A program made the position numbers and the translations under genes. Shown piece after piece: positions 39,650 through 50,475 of a stretch of DNA of 64,000 nt (its first letter is position 1; each line of letters begins with the position of its first letter). The DNA is from Candidatus Eremiobacteria bacterium (GTDB lineage: Bacteria; Vulcanimicrobiota; Vulcanimicrobiia; Vulcanimicrobiales; Vulcanimicrobiaceae). The notes under the pieces are model-generated. The model had not been told where the DNA came from. It ran no database searches and saw only the letters and a program-made list of their open reading frames with translations. The stretch is from positions 1,088,001 through 1,152,000 of the forward strand of contig CAVTRC010000001.1 in NCBI GenBank assembly GCA_963737065.1, given 5' to 3'.

Positions 39650-41296
39650 ATGCCGGATCATGCGGTCACGAACCAGCCGCCGCCGCTGCAGGACTATAAC
39701 GTCTTTCTGAGCGATCGCGCGTTACGAGAAGGCGTCGAGCGAGAAACGCGAGGTCTCGACACGACCGAGCTCGACGAACTCGGCGAGCTCGCCGGAAACC
39801 CGGATGTGATTCAGCTGGGGTTCGATGCAAACGCGAACCCGCCGCAGTTGCACACACACGACCGTTACGGCAACCGCATCGACGAAGTGCGGTTTCATCC
39901 GTCGTGGCATGTGCTCATGGCGACGGCTGCCGCGCGGGGATTGCATGCCGCGCCATGGCTCGATCCGCTTCCGCGTGCGCATCTGCGGCGCGCTGCGAAA
40001 TTTTTCGTGTGGTCGCAAGTGGAAGGCGGACACCTCTGCCCGATCTCGATGACGTATGCTGCGGTTCCCGCGTTGCGTCATAATGAAACCATCGCAAACG
40101 AGTGGCTCGCAAAGTTGACTTCGCGTACGTACGATCCGCGCCTGATGCCGATCGCCGAAAAGAACAGCGCGATCTGCGGCATGGGCATGACGGAGAAACA
40201 AGGGGGAAGCGACGTGCGCGCCAATCAAACGCGCGCGACGCGCACCGCCGCACACGATGCGTACCTGCTCAACGGGCATAAATGGTTTTGCTCGGCACCA
40301 ATGAGCGACGCATTTCTCGTGCTGGCGCAAGCCGACGGCGGCCTTTCGTGCTTCTTTGTGCCGCGCGTGTTGCCTGACGGTTCGCGCAATCCTTTCGCGA
40401 TTGCGCGGCTCAAAGATAAGCTCGGGAACCGCAGCAATGCATCGAGCGAAGTAGAGTTCGCCGGCACGGTCGCGTGGCTGGTCGGTGAAGAGGGTCGCGG
40501 CGTCAACACGATTGTGGAGATGGTCAATCAAACGCGGCTCGATTGCATCATCGGTTCGGCCTCGCTGCTTCGTCAGTCACTGGCGCAAGCGATCCATCAC
40601 GCAATGTACCGGCGGACGTTCGGCGCATTGCTCATCGATCACGTGTTGATGCAAAACGTGCTCGCCGATCTTGCGCTCGAGTCGGAAGCTGCAACGGTGC
40701 TGATGCTACGTCTCGCGCGAGCAGTTGATGATGCCCCGAACAATCCGCATGCCGCTGCGCTCAAACGCATCGGCACCGCCGTCGGAAAATACTACGTGTG
40801 CAAGCGCGCGCCGATGGCCACTGCAGAAGCGCTCGAATGTCTCGGCGGAAATGGCTACGTTGAAGAGTCCATTATGCCGCGCTTATATCGCGAAGCACCG
40901 CTGAATTCCATTTGGGAAGGGTCGGGCAATATCAACGCGCTCGACGTGCTGCGGATCGTGCAAAAACAGCCGGATACGGTCGATGCGCTGCGTATGGAGC
41001 TTACGCCGGCGCTGGAAGATCGCAGGGTCGCGGAGGCGGTTCGAGCGTTGGAGTCCGATCTCAAGGATCGAGACGGCATGGAATGGCGCGCGCGGTCGCT
41101 CGTCGAGCGCATGGCAATCCTATGGCAAGCAGCGCTTTTGCTCCAGCACGCACCGAACGACGTCAGCGACGGCTTCATCGCAAGCCGTCTCTGCGCTCAT
41201 CCCGCGCACACGTTCGGTGGACTGCCGATGAAGACGGCGCTGAAGTCCATCGTGCAACGCGCGGCACCCATTGAACGTGAAACAGCGATTGTTTGA
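39650..41296 (+). CDS. aidB: AidB-like acyl-CoA dehydrogenase
   Basis: VTNQPPPL, MGMTEKQGGSDV, KDKLGNRSNASSE and REAPLNSIWEGSGN. Confidence 0.9.
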   Translation: MPDHAVTNQPPPLQDYNVFLSDRALREGVERETRGLDTTELDELGELAGNPDVIQLGFDANANPPQLHTHDRYGNRIDEVRFHPSWHVLMATAAARGLHAAPWLDPLPRAHLRRAAKFFVWSQVEGGHLCPISMTYAAVPALRHNETIANEWLAKLTSRTYDPRLMPIAEKNSAICGMGMTEKQGGSDVRANQTRATRTAAHDAYLLNGHKWFCSAPMSDAFLVLAQADGGLSCFFVPRVLPDGSRNPFAIARLKDKLGNRSNASSEVEFAGTVAWLVGEEGRGVNTIVEMVNQTRLDCIIGSASLLRQSLAQAIHHAMYRRTFGALLIDHVLMQNVLADLALESEAATVLMLRLARAVDDAPNNPHAAALKRIGTAVGKYYVCKRAPMATAEALECLGGNGYVEESIMPRLYREAPLNSIWEGSGNINALDVLRIVQKQPDTVDALRMELTPALEDRRVAEAVRALESDLKDRDGMEWRARSLVERMAILWQAALLLQHAPNDVSDGFIASRLCAHPAHTFGGLPMKTALKSIVQRAAPIERETAIV

Positions 41297-41307
41297 CCGG
41301 CGCACCG

Positions 41308-42693
41308 TCAACGTCGCAGCGAGAGCGCCAGTGCCTTATCGAGCACGGTATCGCGCCCGGCCGCGCGATCTTGCGGCTGCGTCGGAACCGCTATGTCGGG
41401 CACGACGCCCTGTCCGTCGGGATGCGGTTTCGGTGCCAAAAAGTACTTCGTCGTGAGGTACAATCGCAGCTGCGTCGCGGGCGCGACGAACTCATAGATC
41501 TCGCCGGTCGAGTTCACCGGTTCGCCCGTTTCTTCGCCGATAATCGTCGCCAAGCCATAATCCTTTGCAGCGAGCGCGCAGGACATTGCCGACGAAAAGG
41601 TATGCGAAGAAATCAGGAGATAGACGGGACCGGTATAGCGTAACGGTTGCGCTTGGGGAACGACGAGGCCGTCGTTCGGATTCATACCGAACGTCAGGAT
41701 CGTTCCATTGCGCGCGGTCCACGCTTCGTCGCCGTAGATTTCGACGTAGCGATTCTTGCCGTACTCCGATTTCAGGCGCGCGCACGACTTCTCGATCGTT
41801 CCACCGTATTGCTTGAACGGCTTGTTCGAAACGTACGTCCACAGCAGGTCGTTCAATGCGCTGTCGCCGCCGCCGTTTTGGCGAATGTCGATCACGAGCG
41901 CGCGAACCGGACGATTCTCAATCGTTTGAAACGTCGTGTCTAGAAACGCTCGAAAGCGGTCGAGATCTTCACACGAACGGTATTCGATGTAACCGACGAG
42001 CTCGCCGGCGAGCGTCGTGTACGTGTACGGCGGACCACCGCTCACTGCCGTTCCGGTTGTGTCGGCGGATGAAACGGACGCTTCAGACACTTTGCCGTCG
42101 GTTGCATAGCGCACGGCGTACGCCGGCTTGTCGCCGAGAAGGGCAATTGCCGACCACGCGCCGGCCATCGTCACACGCGCGCGATGCAATGCGCGCGTTT
42201 GACCGCCGAACGCCGCGAGCGTGAGGCTGCGCAACGTTGCAGCGCTCAAGTCGTCGACCGAAATCGTTTCACTGCCCGGTGGCACCGTCCCGGTACGGTC
42301 GCCGGCGACGATCAAGGAATCGTCGCGAGCGGAAAGCGCGAACCACAGAGGAAAACGACGCGCTGCATCGTTGAGATCGCGGGTAAACGCGAGCGAGACG
42401 TGGCCATCGTTCAAGGCTCCAAATACCGGCGCGATCGCGATCCACGCTTGGCGCATCGTCATCGGGCTGACGATCGCACTCCGCGCTCGTTCGTACGCGC
42501 GTTCGACATCCGCCTCGTTCGATGTACGAAACGGATACACGCCCACATCGAGCATCGCGGCCCACATCGCATCGAGGTCGCTGCGCACGTCTTGCGGCGC
42601 AAAAATTTTTTCGTACGAGGACGACGCCGCGCCGAGCAACGGCGCCACCGTTGCGCACGAAGCCAACTGTAGGAATGCACGGCGGCTCGTCAT
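41308..42693 (-). CDS. Tat-exported S41 peptidase
   Basis: SRRAFL, DGH, DIRQNGGG, TFSSA, IGEETG and GVVPD. Confidence 0.88.
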   Translation of the reverse strand: MTSRRAFLQLASCATVAPLLGAASSSYEKIFAPQDVRSDLDAMWAAMLDVGVYPFRTSNEADVERAYERARSAIVSPMTMRQAWIAIAPVFGALNDGHVSLAFTRDLNDAARRFPLWFALSARDDSLIVAGDRTGTVPPGSETISVDDLSAATLRSLTLAAFGGQTRALHRARVTMAGAWSAIALLGDKPAYAVRYATDGKVSEASVSSADTTGTAVSGGPPYTYTTLAGELVGYIEYRSCEDLDRFRAFLDTTFQTIENRPVRALVIDIRQNGGGDSALNDLLWTYVSNKPFKQYGGTIEKSCARLKSEYGKNRYVEIYGDEAWTARNGTILTFGMNPNDGLVVPQAQPLRYTGPVYLLISSHTFSSAMSCALAAKDYGLATIIGEETGEPVNSTGEIYEFVAPATQLRLYLTTKYFLAPKPHPDGQGVVPDIAVPTQPQDRAAGRDTVLDKALALSLRR

Positions 42694-42761
42694 ACCCTCA
42701 CGCTTGCATCCGCCGCGAACCTTATCCTATTGCAATCGGGCGCAGTACCGACGGTGCTTCA

Positions 42762-43748
42762 CTATGCTGTCGGCGGCGAACACGCGGGCCGACTTGCCGG
42801 GTAGCCGCTATCGCTGAGGAACCGCTTGAAGTTCGAAATATTCATGATCGCATGGAGCGCGGCGTGCGATTCGTCATGCGTCACATAGTATGTTTGCACG
42901 ATGCGCGAGCCGAGCCAGTAGCCAATAAACGGAGGCGCACCAAGCGGGCCTGAATCATAGCTGAAAAGCCACGGTTTCACGACCGCGTCGTCCGTCGAAT
43001 CCATCTGTTGCTGGAAAGCTCGCCAAAGTGCATCTTCATGTGCGCACGCAAACGACCACTGCGCTTCAGGCACGTGCGACGGTTCAACCAGCTCGGCCAT
43101 GAAATCGGCGGACCCCTCGACGATCGTTCCATCCAACAACGTATTCGCGTCCGCATCGTGCTGATTGAAGTGCGTAAACTCGTGCATGACGAGACCCGGA
43201 ATGGCCGCAGTGCGGGAAAGTACAGCGGTTTCGAACCCCGGCATCGCGGGCAGTACATCGGGTCGTGATACCATCTCGGCGCCGATCACCATGCCGACGC
43301 GATCGACCGAAGTACCACCGCTGTTCAGCGCGCCGACAACAAAGTAAACGTCTGGAAAGATTGCCTCAGGATAAAGGCGACGGCAGCGATAAAAATCGCG
43401 CATGATCTGCCATTTTTCGCCGGCGATACGCCGCATGTACGGCCGTGCCGCCTCATAATATGAGCGGCGTTCCGCCACGACACGGGCCAGATGAGTCGGA
43501 CTAACGATGCGCTGCGGAACGAATCCCCACACCCCGGCCGAACCCGGCGCGAGATACTCATACGCCAGCGCCTTCTCGAGATTCCCAGTCTTTCGCGCGT
43601 CATCATACGCGCGCCAAAAGTTCCCAATGTCCGAGGTAATAATCTGGACCTTCGTCGGGTCGGTTGTGAAGCGGCCGGTGCCGCTACGGGCGACCGCTGT
43701 AACGAGCGCAAACGAAACAAATAGTGCGAGCGGTAACATCAAACGCAT
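42762..43748 (-). CDS. Secreted Zn-metallopeptidase (DUF2268-like)
   Basis: HEFTH...EGSAD, GYWLG; signal peptide. Confidence 0.75.
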   Translation of the reverse strand: MRLMLPLALFVSFALVTAVARSGTGRFTTDPTKVQIITSDIGNFWRAYDDARKTGNLEKALAYEYLAPGSAGVWGFVPQRIVSPTHLARVVAERRSYYEAARPYMRRIAGEKWQIMRDFYRCRRLYPEAIFPDVYFVVGALNSGGTSVDRVGMVIGAEMVSRPDVLPAMPGFETAVLSRTAAIPGLVMHEFTHFNQHDADANTLLDGTIVEGSADFMAELVEPSHVPEAQWSFACAHEDALWRAFQQQMDSTDDAVVKPWLFSYDSGPLGAPPFIGYWLGSRIVQTYYVTHDESHAALHAIMNISNFKRFLSDSGYPASRPACSPPTA

Positions 43749-43835
43749 ACGCCAGCAAATACAAGACGCGTGCTTTTGGCGCCTCTGCTGTCCTTCGACG
43801 GCGCCCGTCCCGAGGCGACGACGCGCCGTCCTCAA

Positions 43836-44531
43836 TCAGCCGTCTGGTAAGCCGTGCGGCTTTGATGCGCGCGCGGCGAACTGGCGGACGAGCGCATCGA
43901 CATTCGTGATAGCGGTCCCGACAACGACGGCATCCGCCCCACGTTCGAGCGCCATCGCAACCTCGTCGGGTCGCGCAACGCCGCCCTCTGCGATGACGAA
44001 CGCGTCTAATTCCGCAAGCTCACGCACCAGCGAAAGCGCAGGCAGGGCCGTTCCTTTGGTTTCCGGCGTGTAACCGCACAGCGTCGTCGCGACGATGTCA
44101 CTCTGCGCGGATTGCGCGCACAGAGCGTCATCAGCGGTAGCGCAATCCGCCATAGCAAGCCGGCCCTGCGCATGAATTGCAGCGACGAGATCGTCGACTG
44201 TAACGGCGCGCGGCCGAGCGCGTCCGGTGGCATCAAACGCGATGATCTCGGCGCCGGTTGTTGCAATTTCGCGAACCTCGTCGAGCGTCGGTGTGATATA
44301 CGGTTCGAACCCTTCATACTGCCGTTTGATGATGCCGATGATCGGAACACGAACGCGTGCGCGCGCCGCAGCGATGTTTGCGACGCCTTGCATACGCACG
44401 GCGACGGCGCCGTTTGCTTGCGCTGCGGCAGCCATCGCGGCAAGCACGTACGGATCGTCGATTGCGGAACCCGGCCACGCTTGAACCGAAACGATCAAGC
44501 CGCCGCGTAATCGTTCGAGCAATTCACTCAT
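43836..44531 (-). CDS. nanE: N-acetylmannosamine-6-phosphate 2-epimerase
   Basis: LIVSVQA, PIIGIIK, YITPT, TTLCGYT, IAEG and VVGTAIT. Confidence 0.93.
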   Translation of the reverse strand: MSELLERLRGGLIVSVQAWPGSAIDDPYVLAAMAAAAQANGAVAVRMQGVANIAAARARVRVPIIGIIKRQYEGFEPYITPTLDEVREIATTGAEIIAFDATGRARPRAVTVDDLVAAIHAQGRLAMADCATADDALCAQSAQSDIVATTLCGYTPETKGTALPALSLVRELAELDAFVIAEGGVARPDEVAMALERGADAVVVGTAITNVDALVRQFAARASKPHGLPDG

Positions 44532-45409
44532 GCGCGCCGCGCCAAAACGAGCGCGCCGTCGACGGGATCGCCCTTGGGCACGACCGGCGTTGCGGACGGC
44601 AGTGCGACACGTAGCGCTTCGTTGATGCGATCGCGCAGCCACGGATCCGCAAGCAATCCGCCGACGAACGCGACGCGAATCGGATCGCTCGTTTCGCGTG
44701 CCGCACGCGCGGCAAGACGCGCAAGTTCGCGCGAGGCTCGTGCCGCAGGCTCGGACAAACACCGGCAGCCTTCATTTGCTTTCGCGGCGGCAATGCAAAT
44801 CGGAGCAAAGGCCGCCAAACTCGCGCGAGAAACGTCGCCGGCGTAGTACGCGCGCACCAGCTCACGCAACGTGTGGACGTCGAAGAAACTCAGGAGCGCA
44901 CGCGTGCCGTCGCAGTCACCGTGAGAGATCGCAAGCGACATCGCCGAGCGTGCAATCCAAAATGCGCTGCCTTCATCGCCAAAAAGAAAACCCCAGCCGC
45001 CCTCCAGATGCGTCGTGCCGTCGGCCAACCGCGCATACGCTGCAGAGCCCGTTCCCGCAATGACCACGACGCCCGGTTCGCCGCCGAGCGCCCCGGCATG
45101 CGCAATGACCGTGTCGTGAACCAGCATTACTCGGTCGGCCGGAAGTTCCGGAGATTCACCGTAGACTCGCCCTTCGTATCCGGAGATCCCCGCGACGATC
45201 GAATCGAACCGCGTTCGTTCGGGGAGGTTCGCGTTACGAACGGCATCGGCAAGTGCGCCTTCGAGCGCATCGCGCAAGCGCGTCGACCGGACGCCGGCGC
45301 CGACTTCATCAGCGGGCCCTGCGTATCCAAACGCGATCGTACGTCCGTCGGCACCCGCAATCGCAGCCGTTGTGGAGCTCTGTCCTGCATCGATTCCGGC
45401 GAAGAGCAC
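44528..45409 (-). CDS. BadF/BadG-type N-acetylhexosamine kinase
   Basis: GIDAGQS, IAGTGS and GGWGFLFGDEGS. Confidence 0.88.
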   Translation of the reverse strand: MLFAGIDAGQSSTTAAIAGADGRTIAFGYAGPADEVGAGVRSTRLRDALEGALADAVRNANLPERTRFDSIVAGISGYEGRVYGESPELPADRVMLVHDTVIAHAGALGGEPGVVVIAGTGSAAYARLADGTTHLEGGWGFLFGDEGSAFWIARSAMSLAISHGDCDGTRALLSFFDVHTLRELVRAYYAGDVSRASLAAFAPICIAAAKANEGCRCLSEPAARASRELARLAARAARETSDPIRVAFVGGLLADPWLRDRINEALRVALPSATPVVPKGDPVDGALVLARRA

Positions 45410-45413
45410 GGCG

Positions 45414-45716
45414 TTACGTCAGCTGCAGCAGCCTACGCGCAAAATCGTTAGCGGCCAGTTCGCGGTCTTTGCGCTGGTGTAATTTTACGACCTCACCGAT
45501 CGCTTCACGGTGATGATACAATTCGTGTCCAACGGTCAAGACGACGAATTCACCGAGCTCCGTAGGCGACATCTGTTCGGCTACGCGCGAATTGATGCGA
45601 ATCGCGGGTCCGGACGGATCGTATTCGGAACGAAGTTCATCGATGCCCCAGTCGCCGAGGTCTGCAAATAACACCTGCACGCCGTATTCGCGCGCTAATT
45701 TCAAAGCGGTATTCAC
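45414..45716 (-). CDS. Small HExxH protein (ImmA/IrrE-like)
   Basis: GHELYH...ELAANDFA. Confidence 0.7.
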   Translation of the reverse strand: MNTALKLAREYGVQVLFADLGDWGIDELRSEYDPSGPAIRINSRVAEQMSPTELGEFVVLTVGHELYHHREAIGEVVKLHQRKDRELAANDFARRLLQLT

Positions 45717-45726
45717 GCAGTTCTCC

Positions 45727-47079
45727 CTAGCGGCTTTCTACCTGCACGCCGTCATCGATCAGGATGCGACGCAAGTCGGCGCCCTCCACTGCGCTGACGT
45801 TCACGTCGCGCTCATTCGCGAGCGCGGCTGCGGTTCCGGCTGCTTGACCGAGCGTCATGACGGTCGGTGTGAGCCGGGTCGACGCGAGCGCTTCGTGCGT
45901 CGTCGAAATGCATCGCCCAGCAACCAATAACTGCTCGCGATTGATCGGAACGAGGCACCGGTACGGTATCTCGTAACTCGCACCGGGTGCAAGGCGATGC
46001 GTCGTTGTTCCGCTTCCGCTTGGATTATGGATATCGATCGGGTACGCGCTGCGCGCAACGGCGTCGTCGAAGTGGCGCCCTTGCAAAATATCATCCGCGG
46101 TCAAGGTGTAGCGTCCGACGATCCGTCGCGACTCGCGAATGCCCACCTGCGCTCCGGTGGCCGCAATGCGCGCGTTTTCAAAGCCGGGCACGCGTTCGCG
46201 GAAAAAGCGAAGCAACTGCATTACTTGCAGGCGCGCTTCGACTTCCGCACGCGTCAAGTCATCGGGATCGAGCGGATCGATGTTCGTCACGCGGGTCATG
46301 TTGACGGTCACTTCGTCCGGATAGGGCGAGATGAAGAACGAAACCAGTTCGCGCGGAATGTCGACGACGCCATCTCGCTTGGCGTCTTCCCACAACTCGT
46401 AAAGGCCCGCGACGGCAGTCAACGCCGGCGCGGTGCGTTCGTGCGTTTTGAGCGACGTGCGCATCTGATCGGCGTGCATGCGCACGTACGTAGCGATCTT
46501 CGTCAAATCTACGTGGCTCAAGCGGAACATCAAGGTCGCCGGCTGAACGCGGCCGCGTTCATCGCCTTGTTGCGTCGGAACACCGGCCGCGTACGCGACA
46601 TAGGCGTCAGCGGTCGCATCGATCACCACGCGGGCGCGATAACTGCGTCCACCGCCGACCGTAGCGACGTTTGCGCCGGTGACCCGGTCGTCCTCGACGA
46701 GCGCGGTGAGAAACCACGCATGCAGGAGCAGATCGACATTCGCTTCGAGCATCATTTCAAAGAGCAGCGCTTTATGAATCTCCGGATCGAACGGCGTGAT
46801 CGTCGGCACGTACTCGGACGAGTCGCGAATGTGTCCCGGCGAGCCGCCGCGCCGCACGAGGCGCTCGACCATCTCCTGCGCGATGCCGCCGACGATGCGC
46901 TCGTCGCCGGAATGAAATGTCATCCACGGCCCGACCATTGAGGCCGTTGCCGTCCCGCCGAGAAAACCGTAGCGTTCGACCAGCAAAACGCGCGCGCCGT
47001 GGCGCGCCGCAGCGAGCGCAGCTGCGCATCCTGCATTTCCGCCGCCGAGAACCAATACGTCATGTGAACTCGTCGTCAT
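45727..47079 (-). CDS. FAD-dependent oxidoreductase
   Basis: GGGNAG, IDATAD, GIRESRRI, YEIPYRCL and AGRCIS. Confidence 0.9.
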   Translation of the reverse strand: MTTSSHDVLVLGGGNAGCAAALAAARHGARVLLVERYGFLGGTATASMVGPWMTFHSGDERIVGGIAQEMVERLVRRGGSPGHIRDSSEYVPTITPFDPEIHKALLFEMMLEANVDLLLHAWFLTALVEDDRVTGANVATVGGGRSYRARVVIDATADAYVAYAAGVPTQQGDERGRVQPATLMFRLSHVDLTKIATYVRMHADQMRTSLKTHERTAPALTAVAGLYELWEDAKRDGVVDIPRELVSFFISPYPDEVTVNMTRVTNIDPLDPDDLTRAEVEARLQVMQLLRFFRERVPGFENARIAATGAQVGIRESRRIVGRYTLTADDILQGRHFDDAVARSAYPIDIHNPSGSGTTTHRLAPGASYEIPYRCLVPINREQLLVAGRCISTTHEALASTRLTPTVMTLGQAAGTAAALANERDVNVSAVEGADLRRILIDDGVQVESR

Positions 47080-47272
47080 GATGCGATAACGTTTGCCTTT
47101 CGGCGCGGCGCTACGCGGGCCATCTTCGCCGCGAACTCGCAGTTCTTCATGACATTGCTCGATATACGCGACACGGTCATGCGTTGAAACATCCGTCGGT
47201 ACGATAACGACATGTAAAATCAACGCTCGCCTGCTAGGAATGGCGGCGCGGCGGTTCGCAGTCTGTGGCGAC

Positions 47273-47989
47273 ATGTCGATCTACGCCCGCTCAGCCGCCT
47301 ATTACGACGCGATTCAAACCGCACGAGGCAAGGATTACGCGCATGAAGCGAGCGTGATTCATGACATCATCGAAAAGCGTCGCACCTCGGACGGCCGTCA
47401 TCTGCTCGACGTCGGCTGTGGGACGGCACGTCACATCGAGCACTTGCAACAGTGGTACGACTGCGATGGCCTGGACGTCGACCGTGCGATGCTCGCGATC
47501 GCGCAAACGCGCGTCCCGGAATCGAACTTTCACTGTCAAGACATGATCGGTTTCAATCTCGACCGCCGTTTCGATGCAATCGTCTCGCTCTTCGGCGCGA
47601 TCGGCTACGTTCCAAACGTTCGGCTTCTAGAACAGACCGTCGACACGCTCTACCGTCATCTGAAGGCGGGCGGCGTTGCCGTCGTCGAACCGTGGCTGCG
47701 TCCAAACGATTGGAAGGACGGCCTCGTGGACGCGCGCTTCGCGGACGAGCCGGACCTGAAAGTTGCGCGCATGAGCATCAGCCGGCGCGACGGCAACGCC
47801 TCGATTCTGCATTACAACTATATGGTCGCGGGCCGCGACGGTGTGCGGACGTTCAACGAGCCTCATCGGCTCATGCTTTTCACCGACGACGAGTACCGCA
47901 AAGCGTTTTCGAAGGCGCGGTTCCACGTAGAGTACGATCCTGAGGGGCTTACGGGACGCGGACTTTATATCGGCACCCGGATGGTTTAG
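47273..47989 (+). CDS. Class I SAM methyltransferase (TylM1/DesVI-like)
   Basis: YYD..GKDY, LLDVGCGT and VVEPW. Confidence 0.85.
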   Translation: MSIYARSAAYYDAIQTARGKDYAHEASVIHDIIEKRRTSDGRHLLDVGCGTARHIEHLQQWYDCDGLDVDRAMLAIAQTRVPESNFHCQDMIGFNLDRRFDAIVSLFGAIGYVPNVRLLEQTVDTLYRHLKAGGVAVVEPWLRPNDWKDGLVDARFADEPDLKVARMSISRRDGNASILHYNYMVAGRDGVRTFNEPHRLMLFTDDEYRKAFSKARFHVEYDPEGLTGRGLYIGTRMV

Positions 47990-48047
47990 GCGCAATAACG
48001 AGCATTTGCCAGGGGTCGAGTCGTTAATCGAGTATTCGGCAGCCTTA

Positions 48048-49553
48048 ATGCTGCTACAACGAGTAAAGCCGCTCCAGCGCCTCCTTGCGGAGACGGAAGA
48101 GCATGGCCACAGCCTCAAGAAGACGCTCGGACCGGTATCGCTGATCGCCATGGGCATCGGCGCGATCATCGGTACGGGCATCTTCGTCCTTACCGGTGTC
48201 GCTTCGGCAAAATACACGGGACCGTCGTTGACGATCTCGTTCATCATCGCCGGTTTCGTCAGCGCTTTTGCCGCGCTCTGTTACTCTGAAGTGGCGAGCC
48301 GCGTTCCGATTGCCGGAAGCGCGTACACCTTCGCGTACGCCTCGCTCGGCGAGCTCCTCGCGTGGATCATCGGCTGGGACTTGGTTCTAGAGTACGCACT
48401 CGGTGCAGCAACGGTAAGCGTCGGCTGGTCGGGCTATTTCTTCACCGTCGTCAAGAATATCTTCGGGTTCGAGATCCCTCAGTACCTGATGCACAACCCG
48501 TTTGACACCGGACCGAGCGGCGAACCATTGCACGGCATTATGAACTTGCCGGCGTTCTGCATTATCCTACTGATCGGAGTCTTACTGTATCGCGGAACGC
48601 GTGAGTCCGCCGTCGTCAACAACGTCATCGTGACGGTAAAAGTCTGCATCGTACTGTTCTTTATCGCGATCGGTTTCGGTCACGTCAACAGTGCGAATTG
48701 GACGCCGTACTTTCCGTATACGCTCGGCGGGACGTTCTTCGGGGCGTTCTTTGTGTTCTTTGCCTACATCGGTTTCGATGCCGTATCGACCGCCGCGGAA
48801 GAGTCGATCAATCCTAAAAAAGACATGCCGATCGGAATCATCGGCAGCTTGGCCGTCTGTACGGTGCTCTACATTATCGTCGCCGCCATCCTGACCGGCA
48901 TGGTGAACTACTCGCACCTCAACGTCCCGCAACCGGTTGCGTATGCGGTCGATCAAGTCGGCATGCCGTGGGCGAGCGCCTTGATCGCGCTCGGCGCAAT
49001 CGCGGGCCTTACGACGGTGCTTCTGGTGATGATGTTCGGGCAGACGCGCGTGTTTTTTGCAATGTCGCGTGACGGTCTTCTCCCGAAGTTCTTCTCGCGC
49101 GTGCATCCGAAGTTCCGCACACCGACCGTCACGACTATCATCTTCACGATCGTCATCGCGATCACGGGTTCGCTCACACCGATCAGCATTTTGGGCGAAC
49201 TGACGAACATGGGCACGCTCTTCGCGTTCGTCCTCGTGTCGATTTCGTTGCCGATTCTGCGCAAGAAGTACCCGACGACGCGGGGCTATGAAGTGCCGGG
49301 CGGCCCCTACGTGATTCCGGTAATTTCCGCGATTCTCTCGGGTCTTTTGCTCCTCGCACCATTCTGGTCGCCGCTCATGGCGAACGCCTTCGGCTTCAAA
49401 ATCGACGTGGCGTACATCCTCGGCATCCCGCTTCCGTGGTTCGGCTTCCTCGTCTGGCTTATCATCGGTTTGTGCATCTACTTCCTATACAGCCGCAGGA
49501 GCAGCATTGTCGGTAAAGAGGAAGCAGCGGCCGCGCCATCACGTGCCGTGTGA
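48048..49553 (+). CDS. APC-family amino acid permease
   Basis: GAIIGTGIF, GSAYT, FFAYIGFD and SRDGLLP. Confidence 0.95.
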   Translation: MLLQRVKPLQRLLAETEEHGHSLKKTLGPVSLIAMGIGAIIGTGIFVLTGVASAKYTGPSLTISFIIAGFVSAFAALCYSEVASRVPIAGSAYTFAYASLGELLAWIIGWDLVLEYALGAATVSVGWSGYFFTVVKNIFGFEIPQYLMHNPFDTGPSGEPLHGIMNLPAFCIILLIGVLLYRGTRESAVVNNVIVTVKVCIVLFFIAIGFGHVNSANWTPYFPYTLGGTFFGAFFVFFAYIGFDAVSTAAEESINPKKDMPIGIIGSLAVCTVLYIIVAAILTGMVNYSHLNVPQPVAYAVDQVGMPWASALIALGAIAGLTTVLLVMMFGQTRVFFAMSRDGLLPKFFSRVHPKFRTPTVTTIIFTIVIAITGSLTPISILGELTNMGTLFAFVLVSISLPILRKKYPTTRGYEVPGGPYVIPVISAILSGLLLLAPFWSPLMANAFGFKIDVAYILGIPLPWFGFLVWLIIGLCIYFLYSRRSSIVGKEEAAAAPSRAV

Positions 49554-49653
49554 CGCGGATATCGTCGTAGCACGTGCGTAACGATCGCCGGGCATATTGC
49601 CCGGCGATTTTCGTTTAACGGATGATACACGCGGTGCCGCGAACGCGTGCCTT

Positions 49654-50415
49654 ATGGGTTCCGCGCGAGTCGAGCACATTGATGCGCTTGCGGAAGCAAC
49701 GAGCACGCACTGGAGTCGGGCGTGGGCAATGCCGTGGCATCGGCATACCGAGGCGCGTCTCGTCGTCGTTCTCAGCGGCTCCTTTGAAGAGCAATGGAAA
49801 GGAAATAGTCTCGTATGCTCTTCCGGAAGCGTGATCTTTCGCCCAGCGGGCCAACTCCATCGGGAGAGGTTCTCGGAATGCGGCTCCTACGTGAGCATGC
49901 CGATGGCGGCGACGTATTTTTCCCAGGCGGTCTGTGGGCACAGCGATCGCATGACAACGCTCGTGCACACGATGCGACGTGAACTCCGTTGGAGAGACAG
50001 CTTCTCGTCGATTTCGCTCCAGGGTCTCGTGCTGCAGATCGTCGCAGAACTCGGGCGTCGGGACGTGGCGCACGAGCGCCGAGCACCGCGGTGGATTTCA
50101 GATCTGTGCGAGTTTATCGGATCGAATCCGTTGTACGTCGGTTCACTTGAATCGCTGGCTGCACGCGTTGGGCGCCATCCGGCGCATGTAGCGCGCGCAT
50201 TTCACGAGCACGTCGGCACCACGATCGGACAATACGCTCGAATGAAGCGTGTAGAATTTGCTCGCAACCTTCTCGAAACCACCGACGTTCGAATCGCCGA
50301 CATCAGCGCACAAGCGGGATTTTTCGATCAAGCGCACTTGACGAGGTCGTTTCGCCTCGCCTTTGGTATGACGCCGTCGGAATATCGGCAATTGCGTCGC
50401 CGCGCGTTAAGCTGA
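49654..50415 (+). CDS. AraC-family regulator
   Basis: Cupin HRH; C-terminal GFFDQAHLTRSF..GMTPSEYR. Start is uncertain. Confidence 0.9.
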   Translation: MGSARVEHIDALAEATSTHWSRAWAMPWHRHTEARLVVVLSGSFEEQWKGNSLVCSSGSVIFRPAGQLHRERFSECGSYVSMPMAATYFSQAVCGHSDRMTTLVHTMRRELRWRDSFSSISLQGLVLQIVAELGRRDVAHERRAPRWISDLCEFIGSNPLYVGSLESLAARVGRHPAHVARAFHEHVGTTIGQYARMKRVEFARNLLETTDVRIADISAQAGFFDQAHLTRSFRLAFGMTPSEYRQLRRRALS

Positions 50416-50475
50416 TGCAATAGCGCTAAAGCGGTCCTAGACGCTCGCGCAGCGCGAACGCGAAGATGGAACACG

